Assembly: GCA_965178125.1 (NCBI GenBank)
Contig: OZ237735.1
Coordinates: 186,001 to 250,000 of the forward strand
Source of the DNA: Bilabrum cf. latius
Lineage: Eukaryota
Direction: 5' to 3'
DNA length: 64,000 nucleotides
Translations under genes and position numbers: made by a program
In this document: positions 1 through 12,316 of the stretch, piece by piece
How positions within the stretch are numbered: the first letter of the stretch is position 1
Layout of the letters: the number at the start of each line of letters is the position of its first letter
Notes under the pieces: generated by a model
The model's database searches: none
What the model saw: only the letters and a program-made list of their open reading frames with translations
What the model was told of the DNA's origin: nothing

Positions 1-16
1 CAAGGCAAGGCTCGAT

Positions 17-2848
17 TCACTCTATGATTCCCAGCGCCGCCAGCACGAGCGACGGCTGCTGCCTGGGCTGGTGGCACGTCCCCCTTGCTGCCGTGTAGAA
101 CTGCGTCAGGGCGTAGTCCTCGTCCCCCATGGCGCCCGTGTCCCCGCCCCACGCCTCCACGTACCTCAGGTGTTCCCTGGCAAAGGCCAGCTGGGAGAAC
201 ACGAACGGAGACCCGCTGGAGCACAGCAGGTACAGACTCATCGGCTGCAGCTCGTCCTGCCCCGGCTGCAGCCTGCTCAAGTCCACCCTGCACGTGACAC
301 CCGGCCTGGTCCCCGGGTATCGCTGCAGGTAGTAATCCCGATTCGATCGGAGCAGGGCGTGCCGAGTGTGCGTGAAGAGCATCCGCTTGTCGAAAGCAGT
401 CCTGGCCTGCTGCAGCAACCGTAAGAACGCCACGCTACGCTCATACGACCCCGCTGCAATGCGCTGCAGCTCCTCTCTGAGCCCCGCAGGCACCCGCACC
501 GCCGGCACCTGCAACGGCTTGCCTGCTTTCTGCAGCCTCCTCTGCAGGGCCAGCGCCTGCTTGTGCAGCCTCCTCCTCATCTTGCTGTCCTCCTCCGCCT
601 CTCCCTCGTACATGGGCCCCTCCCCTCCATCGGGGAGGTCCAGGGGATCCTCCCACGGACCTAGCCCGCTCCTGCTCCTGCTCGCATGCACGATGCCCTC
701 GAACCTGTCTCCCTTCACCTTGCTGCCCTCGGCGCGCTCGCACGCGTCCAGCCGCATGTGCGGCACCACACCGAAATCAGCAGGGCACAGCCGGCCGAGC
801 AGCTGCATGGTCACCGAGAGGAATGCATCCTGCTCGGCAAAACGTGCGGCGTAATGCGGAAACAAGCTGCCGTGCGCGTGCGCCGCAACGGCGTCGCACA
901 CCATGCACAGCAGCGACCCCCGATCCCTTTGCCTGCACCCCAACATGCGCAACCTGAAGTCCTTCAGCGCGGCCGCATCTGCATCCTCCTCTTTCTGTTC
1001 CCTGGATGACCCCGAGCTGGCACCCGGACCCCCAGCGGGGGACGCCCCGGCAGCTGCCGGCTTGCCAGACCCCCGGCCCTTATCCCCCCCCCCCTCCCCG
1101 CCCCCCTCCCCCTTGGGTAAGTCAGGCACTGTGGCTAGGAGGTCCGGGAACCTCGCCGCGATGCAGTCCGTGAGTGCGTGGCAAAAGGTGCGGTAGTCCG
1201 CCATGGCTGCCTTGAAATCGGCCGAGGGCGCAGAGGCGTCTGCCTCCACGGCCCCTTCCTCGCCTCCTGCTGCCCCGCTGCTCGCGGACCCAGCAGTCCC
1301 TATCCTGCCTCGGCCCCGGCTCCTGCGGTGGGCCCTCCCCGCTCGCCTGTCGTCCTCTTCGTCCTCTCTCTCATCCTGCCTCTCCTGCTGCTCCTGCACC
1401 CGCCGACTCGCCGCTGCCAGCTCGCTCACGCACTTGAGACCCGCCTCCCGCCGCGCCTCCGCCGTCGCCGCCAACCTAACTGCCTCCTCCGCTCGGGACA
1501 CGATCCCGCGTAGCCCCGCGGTCCGCCGCGCAGACGCGTCCATCGCCCGAGTCGCGCTCGCGGAGTGCACCCGTGCGTGCACCTCGGCGAACACAGACGC
1601 CGCCGTCCCAAAGCTGTGGAACACCGGCCGACGCAGCTGCCACTGTGGCCCTGGGCTCCCTGCCCCTACCCCAGCTTGCTCTCCTCCCTCTGCTCCTGCT
1701 GCCCCCGTCGTGGGGAAGAACGTGTTCCGGTCTTGCACCCTCCCGATTGGCGAGGCCGCCACGCACGGTAGCCTGCGCACCTTGGTAGGGCTCGCCAGAA
1801 CGTCCCGCGGATGCAGCGCAGTAGCACCTGAGCCAGAGCCAGAGCCAGAGCCTGAGCCAGTGCCACAGCCAGAGCCATTGCCAGAGCCAGGGCCAGGGCC
1901 AGAGCTCGGGGTGCTCGCACCGGAACAGGTGCTCGAGGCAAACTCCCGGGCTGGCAGGGCAGGGGGCACGAGCCGGAGCACCTGCGTGAGATAGTTCCGG
2001 GTTAGCTCCCGCATCGTCGCGCTCGTCTTCTCCTGCTCGGCCGCGGCGCCCCTCCTCAGCCTCGCCTGCTCCTCCACGACGCGCTGCACGGCCGGGTCCG
2101 AGGTGCTGGGGGCCGCGCCAGCGCCGGTGTCGGGTCCCCGTCCGATCTCCTGCAGTGGCCTCCCGGCGGAGTCCCGCAGCAGCGTGACGGCGGCTCCACC
2201 CGCTGCGAGCAGCCGGTGCTGCATGTGGATCTGGAACCACGCGGCCTCCGAGTAACGGCGCCGAAGCCTGCGGATCTCGCCATTGAACTGGTGGTCCAAT
2301 TCAATAGCAGCTTGGCTGCTCTCTCTAGCGGATTCGGAAGGCAGGCACGCGCACAGCACCTCCTTCCGGCTCTTGCTGGCGGCCGCCAAGCCTCCCATCA
2401 GCGCTCCCGCCTCCTGGCCTGCAAAGATCAGCTTGCATGCGTCCTGCACCATCTTTTCCTCCCGCTGCCGTCTCTCCGTTGCTGTCTACTCAACTTCGTC
2501 TCGCTACCGCACGCAGTAGGCCTGCAGTGATTGTATGCGCCTTTGGTCAGTTGTTGCGGCAATCCGCCTGTTCAAGTCCGTTTCTATTCTGAACCTCTCG
2601 CAAGCCGCGGCCGCGTCATGCCATTGAGCTAGAGGTAATGGTGCATCCGGCAGAGCTTGGCTTGGGTCAACCATATCTTCTTGTTCAGGAACGATAAACT
2701 CCTCGGTTGATGTGGCTGGCTCCGGCGCCTTTATGGGCGAGGGCTGTGGACTAGGCACAGAACCGTCGCCTTCTTTTGCAGCCAGATCACGGAAGCTAAA
2801 CTCTTCCAAATCGCTGTCATCCTCTAGGCAGTCCAAATCATCATCCAT
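17..2848 (-). CDS. VPS9-domain protein (Rab5-family GEF-like)
   Basis: ATG 2848 (MDDDLDCLEDD). Track ORFs 2504-2926 and 17-2452 share a frame and are separated only by TAGs at 2504 and 2486 (YCVR*RDEVE*TATERRQREEKMVQ). The C-terminus has a VPS9-like pattern (GQDELQPMSLYLL...SQLAF...GDEDYALTQFYTAA). Ends TGA. Confidence 0.75.
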
Positions 2849-2987
2849 GTTCAGCACCGAGCGATTCAATGCCGGCAGAATTTCGCAGGTTCGGGCTGGT
2901 GTATGTGACGAGTGTTCACTCATCACACTACCGGCGCAGCGTCGCTCCGCCGGGAGGGAGGATCCAACCAGCCTTCTGTGATAGAAA
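2849..2987. promoter_or_regulatory. Putative bidirectional promoter between the VPS9 gene and the protease
   Basis: 139-bp gap between divergent start codons. Inferred from geometry only. Confidence 0.45.
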
Positions 2988-4790
2988 ATGCTATCTGTGC
3001 TACCTTTGTTGCTCGTCTCTGGTGCATTTGCGGTACCAGCTGCTTACTCACCCCGGTATCACTTTACTGGGACGTTCAGACTTCCATATGCCGGTCTCAT
3101 TGAGAATTTCGAGGTCTGGACCAATGGCACAGAGCAGCGCATTAACTGGTACGGTGGGCTTGACGTTGATATCGCTACCCCACAGGTCAGTTATCAGACA
3201 TTTCCGGTGTACACTGGTTCGATAAACCGCCAGTGGTGCTTGCAATTTGGTGGTGGTGCACCCGTCCCGTTGCTGGTAAACATGAGCGAGGCGAACGGTT
3301 GGAAGCTTATCAACAGCACGAGCGAGCAGAATCATTACCAAAAAGTAGTTAAGAACGAGGAACGAGAATCTACCTATGATTTCTACTCTGCTGCGAAGGA
3401 CGGTACGCCGCAGCAGCTCCACATGCTCGGCTACGATTTTGTGCTGGGCTCTCACTACGACGAGTACATCATCGAGTACAAGGGTGTCACTCTGGGTCCA
3501 AAATCCACGGAGAATGCCACTCGCTTTGCGCCGCCAGGCCCGGATTGCGGTGGGTATCCCCCGATGGACCCCCGCCGCGGCGGGCCCGGGGACAGCAGCG
3601 ACTGGCGCTCGCGCAGGGTGGCCTCTCCTCTCGCCACGGTGAGAGCCTCCCTCGAGGAAGCGGCGGGCAGCGGGTCCAACCAGCCCCCCGCCGGCTGGCC
3701 CGACTGCTCCTCGCCCGACGCTCTCGCGCTGGCGGGCGGGGATTCGGAGCCGATTGAGTGCGCGTACGAGCGGTGGGCGGCCGAGCACGGCAGGGACCTC
3801 GCCGGCATGACGGCCCAGGAGCGCGCGCGGCGCCTCAGTCGGTTCCGCAGAGCCCATCGCGTGGTGACGTCGCACAACCGCAGGAGCCGCGCAGCTGCCT
3901 CTGCCTCCTCTCTTTCTTCATCTTCATCTTCGTCCTCGTCCCCTTCACAAGCGGGGGCTTCCTTCGATGTCCGCCTGACCCATCTGGCTGACTGGACCGA
4001 TGTTGAGCTGGCCACCCTCCGAGGCACCACCAGCCCGGCCAAGGCCCGCCCACCCACGGTCCCGGCCGCGGGTGTGCACCCGCCCCCGACCGCCGAGGAG
4101 CTGGCCACTTTGCCCACCAAGGTGGACTGGACCATCATCCCCGGGGTGGTGCTGCCCGTGCAGGACCAAGCCACCTGCGGCTCCTGCTGGTCCTTCGGTA
4201 CAATGGGGACCATCGCTGGCTCGCAGGCCATCAAGCACGGGTCGCTCACCCAGATGAGCCACCAGAGCGCCATGGACTGCACCTGGGCGGAGGGCAACTA
4301 CGGCTGTGACGGCGGGAACGACTTCCTGGCGTACAGCTGGTTCCTCGGGAACGGGAACGGGAGCATCCCCACCGAGACGACGTACGGGAACTACCTCGGC
4401 CAGGATGGGCGCTGCCACTACTACAACTCCTCCGTCAAGATGGGCGCGCAGATCACTGCGTACTACAACGTCACGTCGGGCAGCGAGACTGCCCTCATGT
4501 CCGCGGTGGCGCAGCGGGGGCCCATCAGCATCAGCATCGACGCCGCGCTCGAGACGTTCGACTTCTACTCGAGCGGCGTGTACGACGACCCTGCGTGCAA
4601 GTCGGGCCTGGACGACCTGGACCACACCGTGCTGCTCGTGGGCTACGGGACCTCCCAGTCCGGCCAGGACTACTGGAAGGTGAAGAACTCGTGGAGCACG
4701 CACTGGGGTGACGACGGGTACGTGCTCATCGCCCGCAAGGGCAACATCTGCGGGGTGGCCACGCAGCCCACGTACGTGGACGTGGCATGA
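2988..4790 (+). CDS. Secreted/lysosomal papain-family (C1A) cysteine protease with long N-terminal extension (26/29-kDa proteinase / CfaD-like) and I29-like prodomain
   Basis: Signal peptide MLSVLPLLLVSGAFA. Catalytic motifs QATCGSCWSF, LDHTVLLVGYG, KVKNSW. N-terminal segment YDFVLGSHYDEYIIEY. No internal TAG; ends TGA. Confidence 0.92.
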   Translation: MLSVLPLLLVSGAFAVPAAYSPRYHFTGTFRLPYAGLIENFEVWTNGTEQRINWYGGLDVDIATPQVSYQTFPVYTGSINRQWCLQFGGGAPVPLLVNMSEANGWKLINSTSEQNHYQKVVKNEERESTYDFYSAAKDGTPQQLHMLGYDFVLGSHYDEYIIEYKGVTLGPKSTENATRFAPPGPDCGGYPPMDPRRGGPGDSSDWRSRRVASPLATVRASLEEAAGSGSNQPPAGWPDCSSPDALALAGGDSEPIECAYERWAAEHGRDLAGMTAQERARRLSRFRRAHRVVTSHNRRSRAAASASSLSSSSSSSSSPSQAGASFDVRLTHLADWTDVELATLRGTTSPAKARPPTVPAAGVHPPPTAEELATLPTKVDWTIIPGVVLPVQDQATCGSCWSFGTMGTIAGSQAIKHGSLTQMSHQSAMDCTWAEGNYGCDGGNDFLAYSWFLGNGNGSIPTETTYGNYLGQDGRCHYYNSSVKMGAQITAYYNVTSGSETALMSAVAQRGPISISIDAALETFDFYSSGVYDDPACKSGLDDLDHTVLLVGYGTSQSGQDYWKVKNSWSTHWGDDGYVLIARKGNICGVATQPTYVDVA

Positions 4791-5005
4791 GTCGCGCGGG
4801 GCTCGGGTCTCGATCCGATCTTTGCGACCGCTCTCCCAATGATGAATGTGTCTCCCGTGCGTGACGAGTGCGATGTGTGCTCGGTGTTGGTTTGGTGCCT
4901 GTGCGACAAGCTGCAATAATCGTGTGCATGCAAGCGTGCATTCATGTTACACAGACAAATAGAAGAACCCGCTAGCTAGGGTGGCCCGCCCCCGCTTCTC
5001 TATAT

Positions 5006-8000
5006 TCACGTACCCGCCGCAGCGGCGGTCGAGTCCCCCGCGGCAGCACCCCCTGCAGCCGCCGCCCCGCTTCCCACTGCGTCCCCCGGCCCCGCCCCGG
5101 CACCCTGGCTCCTCTGCTGCGCCAGAGAAAGGAGACTCTCCTCCCCGTGCGCAGCAAGCGCCCGCTCGTCGTACTCGTCCGAGGACTTGAAGAAGATCCT
5201 GGCCGCGTACGTCGAGAACTGCAGCGCCCTGAACTCGTCGATCTGCGCCTGCAGCCTCCTCCCCCGGAACTGGAGAGTCTGCACGTCCTGCGCCTCCACG
5301 CGGGTCTTGGGCTGCCCGATCTTGCGCAGCTGCTCGGCGGCCTGCTGCCTCTCCTTGACGAACTTTTGCTCGACCGACTCGAACCAGTGGAGGCTTCCAA
5401 AGGCCCGGTTCTGCCGCAGCACCGAAAGGAAGAATGCCACGCCCATGGCGAATCCGTCGTCCACAAAGTACGCCACGCGGCCCTTGCCCGCCTTGTCCAG
5501 CGACTGCTTCGCGTCCCTGAGTGCCTTTGTGAAGGACAGTGTCAGCGCAGGCACGAGGTAAGCGAAGCCCTTCCAGTGGGACTCCTTCTGCTTGCGGCTC
5601 CTGTCGTCGTCCTTCCTGTCGTGGATGCCCTCCTTGATCGCGCCCTGGAAGATCTCAACCAGCAGCTGAAAGAAATCGATGTCCCGAGAGAAATTGCGGT
5701 GCAGCTCTTCCACCACAGCGTCCAGCACCCCGGCCGCCCCAAGCGTGTCCGCGCTCAGGTCGCGAGCCTCCGGGTCGCGGGGCCCGGCGCTGCTCTAATG
5801 CCCGCCCTCGCCCTCGCCCTCACCCTCGCCGGACTTGCCCTCCTCCTCGCCACCGGCCCCGGCTCCCGACGCCGCGCCGCCAGCGGCCCCCTCTGCACCC
5901 CCTGCCTTGTGGTGAGAGGCGCCCTGCACTCCCTGCGAGGCCCCCGCCCGCATGCCCACGAACCCTCCCCGCTGGGCCGCCTGCAGGAAGGACACTCGGC
6001 TGGCCGCCATGCCGCCCGCGCCCGCCTCGTCCTCCTCGTCGCTGTCCGAGTCCTCCCCCAGCCGAGCCGCCTGCTGCTCCTCGCGCTCCAGCCGCGTGGT
6101 GCCCGCCACTATCTTGGCGTCCAGCGCCATGTCGCCCAGGTTGGGCAGGAATTGGATGGAGCTGGCCGTGTGCCGCATCGTGGCGGATCGCACGGTGCGC
6201 ACGAAGGCCAGCGCGTTGCCTATCCGGGAGATGAGGATCCTGCACTTGTCGAGGGGAGACAGGGGGTCCTCCCTCTTGCCGTGCTTCTGCATGGTCTTGA
6301 CGAAGGCCTCGGCGTGGTCGACGGGGTACAGCCCGTCGAGCTTCCTCCTCGCCTTCTTGTACCACCTGCGCTCCTTGGACAGGTAGGACCGGGTGATGGC
6401 GTCGTTGAGAAACGCAGACATGAGCTGCACCTGCTTGGTCAGGTAGCGGTACGCGTTGGTGACCACTGTGTTGACGATGCCCAGCCCGTGCTGCCGGATG
6501 GACGAGGCCACCGAGTGGATGCTGACCGTGTTCATGTGCTTGGACCCGCGCTGGGACCTGCGCTCGATGAAGAGCTGGTCGTAGAGGCTGTAGTTGTAAT
6601 TGCTCACGAACACGCTGAGCTTGCGCATGATCTGCAGCACGTCCACGCTCGTGTCGAGTGAGCCCATGGGCAGGTGGCTCTCGGCCAGCTCCAGGCCGTA
6701 CTTGTCAGAGGCGAGCGCGGCCATCTCGCCGTACGTCTTCCAGTCGTGCAGCGCCACCGTCGTTGCCTCGTAGAAGCGCTGCTCCAGGAATGTCTGCACG
6801 CACTCCCGGATGCTGAGCTCCCGCTGCACGATGCGCAGAGGCGGCAGCGCCAGGATGTGCGTGGGGACCTTGAGCGCCCCGCGCGCCGCGCCCGAGGCCG
6901 ACTTGGGGTTGGGCGGAGACCTGTGCTGGATGAGGACGTAGTGCACGTGCACCCGGAGGTCGCTCTCCACTGCCATGCTCAGCGGCTGCACCAGCTCGTC
7001 CTGCACGCAGCCCCACATGAACTCCTATAGGCTCTCCACCATGCTGCCGCTGGACCGGCCGCCGCCGGCCGCAGAGGCGCCGGCGCCCGAGGCGGGCTCC
7101 GCGGCGCTGGCAGGCCCCGCCGGCCCCAGGTGGCAGGCCAGCATGAGCTGCGGCACACAGTCGGCGAAGGCCGCCAGCAGCATGGGCAGCCTCCGTGCGA
7201 GCTTTGGGGTCTGCCCGTGGTGCTTGAGGACGTGCGGCAGGATGTCCCTGACGTGGTACAGGGCAGAGCAGTCGCAGCTGTCCTGCACCACCTGCTGCAG
7301 CGTGCACAGGTTGGTGATCTCGAAGAAGCACTGCCCCAGCACGCGCCGGGCCCCCGCGTCGACCGGCGAGCTGGGCTGCGCCAGCACGCTGGAGCCGAGA
7401 GACAGCAGGCTCCTTCTCTGGCTCGAGTAGGACTCCGTGCCCAGCAGCAGGTCCTCCACCGCGGTGAGGGCAGTGACGATGGTGGCGGCCTCCCGGCTGC
7501 GCTGCTGCCTGTCCATGATCAGTTTGGCGGGCTGGAGGGCCTTGACGGCACGCGCGGCCGCCTCCCTTACGATGATGGGGAGGGAGAGGGCCATCTCCGG
7601 GGCGATCCTGCGGATGGTAGCCTCGAGGGCCTTGAGCGCCAGCACCACGCGCACGAGGCACACCACGTCGTTCACCTTGAAGGGCTTCTCCAGGTGGTGC
7701 TGCAGCGCCAGAAAGTCGTCCATGAGACGACGGCCGGCGCTGGCTGCCATCACCGCCTGCACCACCAGGTTGCCCCGCTCCCCCAGCACCGTCTCAGATT
7801 TATCCGGTGCGTCTGGCACCATGGGCGCCTCCGCGAACATCATGTCGGCCCGCAGCATCCAAGCGCTCACACGCACAAAGAGAGCCTGGGAGCGGGCCGG
7901 CAGCGCGGCGCACAGAGCTGCGTGGCACCTCTCCCTGTGCGCCTCAGGGTCCTCCGGCTGCAGCTTGCGGCTGCTCAGTGGTATCTTGCAGTGCTGCTCG

Positions 8001-9557
8001 AGGAACTCGTCGGGCAGAAAGACGGCCAGCCCATGCATGCCCACCACGGGTACCTTGCCCAGAGCGGACCACAGCTTGCGGAAGACGGTCTCGTCGGGGC
8101 GGGTGCCCGAGGGAGGCGTCAGTGCCCGCTCCAGCGCGTACAGCCCGCACGCGCCCACGTAGATGTGCCTCTCGTCCGTCTCCGTGTCGCTGCCGATCGC
8201 GTCCACGGCTGCCACCGCAAGCTGGGTCACGGCCGCCCGGAACTCACGGAGGAACTCGGCGGACCCCACGTCCACCACGGTGCCCTGCTCCGTGGGCCGC
8301 CGGAAGTTCTGCCGCAGCACCGTGCTCACGGCGCCCTGCTCGAAGAGGTCCCGACCGATGCCAGCTAGCAGACGCTCAAGGGCGGCGGCCTTTGTTGCGT
8401 CGATGCCCAGGGCGGCTTGGCGCTCTGCCCCGGCAATCCCCTGCGCCGCCCGCTTGTATCGGTCCCACGCATCGGCGAGGAGCTCGTTCTGGCTGCGTGC
8501 AGGTGGATGGGTGGGTGGATGATAGGCATGGTAAGGAGACGGGGTTTGGGGGGAGCGGGGCTCATGGTGGTAGCGGTGAAAATCAATCAGTGAGCGGATG
8601 AGCCAGGAGAGAGAGGGAGAGAGCAGCTGATGCATGCACGCCAATCGATGCAGGGCTCACTCGATCACGCAGTCGATGGCAATCAGGGCGTGGAAGAGGT
8701 CGGCAGCGCACCGAAATACCCGCGAGAGCCGCACGTCCTTCCAAGCCCCGTAGAGCGGCGAGTCTTTGTTGTAGAGCGAGGCCAGCTGGTGCACCAGGTT
8801 GCAGGTGATCTCCTCGGACCGCAGGATGAAGTTGCGGAGGTCCTGCAGCATAGGGACGGTCCTGCCCATGAAGGAGGTGAGCACGCCGTCGGACCACTCT
8901 CGGTCCGAGCCATCCGAGGCCAGCCCGAAGAGGGACAGGGGAGGGAGGAAGTCCTGCCGGGCCTTCCGGGCCAGCTCCTCCATCTCCTTGGAGAGCGCCG
9001 TGAACACCAGGAGGATCTGCGGACTCAGGGGGACGCCAGGAAGAGCGCGCATCTTGAAATGATTGGCCATTGGATGGTGATGCGGCATCGTTCGTGAACA
9101 AAACCAATCTGTACTCACCTTTCGAGTAATCGAGTGGCTGACATCGGCATCCACCAGGTCCGGGATCGACACGCGATCTTCTGGATGCAGGACAACACCA
9201 ATGGGATCAGTCTGCGCAAATGTGATTAAAAAGTAATACTGGTGCACGATCGTACAGTACTTAACTCCAACTTTGGTGTGCATCTGCAATGCCTTGTCCA
9301 GACTTACGCCGTCCGGTTGCACATGGTAGAGGCTTGCGGTAGCAGCTTCCAGCAGCTCTTCCAATTTGTCCTGCGAACGATTGATATGAAAGAGCACGCT
9401 TGCAGATATGCAGCAGAAGATCATAACTGCGCAGAATCTGCCACAATCGTAGGCTCACGGCGTGATCTTTCCCAAGATCGATTAGATCCTCCAGGTGGTC
9501 CGCAGTCGGATCATCCTGAGGCTCATTATTTTCGAAGGGCGAGAAGTTGCTGGCCAT
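5006..9557 (-). CDS. WASHC4: WASH complex subunit 4 (SWIP/KIAA1033 homolog), spliced
   Basis: Conserved blocks ESDLRVHVH, FYEATTVALHDWKTYGEM, SIRQHGLGIVNTVVTNAY, IGNALAFVRTVRS, YFVDDGFAMGVAFFL, FGSLHWFESV, ARIFF. Predicted introns 9371-9458, 9212-9271 (weak donor), 9017-9118, 8493-8660. In-frame TAGs at 7025 and 5795. Ends TGA. Confidence 0.9.
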
Positions 9558-10026
9558 CAGTCTCGGCCACAGCACTGAGAGAGAGACCAGTTGCCGCCAT
9601 CTCCTGGAACCAGGCTGCGGAACCGCCGGCGAATTGTCCGCGGCGCCGCGTGCCACAAGCGATCTTGTGGTTCTGGCGCCGTGAGTTAAGCTATAGCATT
9701 TGCACTGCGGTGGGCATGAATGATTCAGGCCCACGTGAGGCGCATTCAGTACCTGAGTTGTGGGGTGGCAGCCATTGCAGCTCAACCGGAAGCAATTCTA
9801 GGTTTACGTTTTACCTCCATACGTATCGCAACGACCGTGTCTCTGCAAGCCATCGACAGCCCAACCAAACGTGCGAATCGGCACCCGGCTGACGCGCTGA
9901 CGCGCACCATGGATAGTGGAACTAGCTATACAACTGGCGGCGGTTGTGGTCATTTGGTGTCTATTTACCCAAGTCTACGCCTTGTGCTCAACCACGCGGT
10001 GCAGTTGTGCTGCTAGCGACCTACCG

Positions 10027-11829
10027 TCAATCCACGACATGGACCTTACTCATGTGCCTGCTGAGTGAGTCTGCCCGCCCAAAGCGCTTCCCGCACACGC
10101 TGCACTCGTGCTTGCGCTCCCCAAGATGCACTGCGCTCATGTGAGTCTTGAGATGGCCTGATACTCCAAACCGCTTCCCGCACACGATGCACTCGTGCTT
10201 GCGCTCCCCAAGATGCACTGCGCTCATGTGAGTCTTGAGATTGCCTGCCTCCCCGAAGCGCTTCCCGCACACGCTGCACTCGTGATTGCGCTCCCCAAGA
10301 TGCACCGCGCTCATGTGAGTCTTGAGATGGCCTGATACTCCAAACCGCTTCCCGCACACGCTGCACTCGTGATTGCGCTCACCATAATGCACCAAGCTCA
10401 TGTGCTTCTTGAGATTGCCTGACACTCCAAAGCGCTTCCCGCACACGCTGCACTCGTGATTGCGCTCCCCAAGATGCACTGCGCTCATGTGAGTCTTGAG
10501 TGAGCCTGACACTCCAAAGCGCTTCCCGCACACGCTGCACTCGTGATTGCGCTCCCCAAGATGCACTGCGCTCATGTGAGTCTTGAGATGGCCTGATACT
10601 CCAAACCGCTTCCCGCACACGCTGCACTCGTGCTTGCGCTCCCCAAGATGCACCAAGCTCATGTGAGTCTTGAGATTGCCTGCCTCCCCGAAGCGCTTTC
10701 CGCACACGCTGCACTCGTGATTGCGCTCCCCAAGATGCACTGCGCTCATGTGAGTCTTGAGATTGCCTGACACTCCAAACCGCTTCCCGCACACGCTGCA
10801 CTCGTGCTTGCGCTCCCCAAGATGTACTGCGCTCATGTGCTTCTTGAGATTGCCTACCTCCCCGAAGCGCTTTCCGCACACGCTGCACTCGTGATTGCGC
10901 TCCCCGAAATGCACCGTGCTCATGTGCTTGTTGAGTGAGCCTGACACTCCAAACCGCTTCCCGCACACGCTGCACTCGTGCTTGCGCTCCCCAAAATGCA
11001 CTGCGCTCATGTGAGTCTTGAGATTGCCTGCCTGCCCGAACCGCTTCCCGCACACGCTGCACTCGTGATTGCGCTCCCCAAGATGCACCGTGCTCATGTG
11101 AGTCTTGAGATGGCCTGACACTCCAAACCGCTTCCCGCACACGCTGCACTCGTGCTTGCGCTCCCCGAGATGCACCGTGCTCATGTGAGTCTTGAGATCG
11201 CCTGCCTGTCCGAACCGCTTCCCGCACACGCTGCACTCGTGATTGCGCTCCCCAAGATGCACTGCGCTCATGTGCTGCTTGAGATGGCCTGACACTCCAA
11301 ACCGCTTCCCGCACACGCTGCACTCGTGCTTGCGCTCCCCAAGATGCACCACGGACACGTGATTCCTCAAGCTCCACATCGAGCTCAGCACCTTCCCGCA
11401 CACCTCACACTCATGCCCACCCCCACCTCCATTGGACCCTCCCTCCCCCCGGCGCCTCTTCGCCTTCCTTTCACCGGTCTCGCTGACTCCCCTGCCGCGC
11501 TTCTGCCCGGCCGAGTGAGGGGCTGGATGGGGCCCACTTACACTAGGGATTGGCGATTGCGTACCCTTAGTGACCGGCTGATAGAATCTGCCAGTGCTGC
11601 CCGACCTCGCAGGTGAGTCTCCACCAACGCCAGCGCCAGTCGATGCTGCAGTCTGCCTGACAGCAAATCCAGCCGAGCTGCCCATCTTGTGCCTATCTCG
11701 CTGCTGGGATGACACTGCATTGTCAGCATCACTGCTCCAATCATCGTCACTGCCCTCGCTGCCAGCGCCATCGCTGTCGCTGTCGCTCACGAGGTCAATC
11801 ACTTCTGGCTCGGCGTCCTTTCGCGCCAT
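10027..11829 (-). CDS. Tandem C2H2 zinc-finger array protein, 16 fingers (copy 1)
   Basis: ATG 11829 (MARKDAEPEVIDLVSDSD), basic KAKRRR, then 16 units of 29 aa (87 bp), HECSVCGKRFGxxGxLKxHMSxVHxGERx. Ends TGA. Confidence 0.92.
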   Translation of the reverse strand: MARKDAEPEVIDLVSDSDSDGAGSEGSDDDWSSDADNAVSSQQRDRHKMGSSAGFAVRQTAASTGAGVGGDSPARSGSTGRFYQPVTKGTQSPIPSVSGPHPAPHSAGQKRGRGVSETGERKAKRRRGEGGSNGGGGGHECEVCGKVLSSMWSLRNHVSVVHLGERKHECSVCGKRFGVSGHLKQHMSAVHLGERNHECSVCGKRFGQAGDLKTHMSTVHLGERKHECSVCGKRFGVSGHLKTHMSTVHLGERNHECSVCGKRFGQAGNLKTHMSAVHFGERKHECSVCGKRFGVSGSLNKHMSTVHFGERNHECSVCGKRFGEVGNLKKHMSAVHLGERKHECSVCGKRFGVSGNLKTHMSAVHLGERNHECSVCGKRFGEAGNLKTHMSLVHLGERKHECSVCGKRFGVSGHLKTHMSAVHLGERNHECSVCGKRFGVSGSLKTHMSAVHLGERNHECSVCGKRFGVSGNLKKHMSLVHYGERNHECSVCGKRFGVSGHLKTHMSAVHLGERNHECSVCGKRFGEAGNLKTHMSAVHLGERKHECIVCGKRFGVSGHLKTHMSAVHLGERKHECSVCGKRFGRADSLSRHMSKVHVVD

Positions 11830-12316
11830 TGTAGCAGTCAGCCTTGGCCACACGAGGACCGCAAACGTATTTGAAATAGTTCTGGGTGACTAAGTTCCAA
11901 AAAGGGTCTAGGCCTCGGGACTCCTCGCGCAATAACTCGTTGGATCCGTGCTTGAGTCCTCCTGTATGCACTTTATCACCCTTGCAGACAAGCCCAGCAA
12001 CACAGTACGCGGAGTTGTACAAGTTCCGAATCAAAATGACGCCTAGCAGTGGTGTGAAAATGGGATGGAACCGCTACAGCCAGTGACACTGGCCCTGCGT
12101 CTCAAGTCGACTCTCGACGCCGGCCGGGCGGGGCGGTTTTAATCTTCTTCTTGAAAGGCGGGGCGGTTGCAACAGACAGGCAACTTGAAGATTCGGGACG
12201 CCGGGACGTGGGAGGGTGTAGTGAATGCAGTAGGTCATTCACTGAGCCAAACGAATCCCATATGCAACCTGAATCATCCGCCTGCAAGTCCAAAGCAATC
12301 AAGGCCCCTTCCCAGC

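Noticed and set aside
1826-1902. Hexamer repeats here and at 38507-38546 as telomeric or regulatory repeats
   Set aside because: They are in-frame Gly-Ser linker microsatellites inside coding regions.
10060-11410. CRISPR-like repeat-spacer array
   Set aside because: The 87-bp units are contiguous in-frame C2H2 fingers with no unique spacers, and no cas genes are present.
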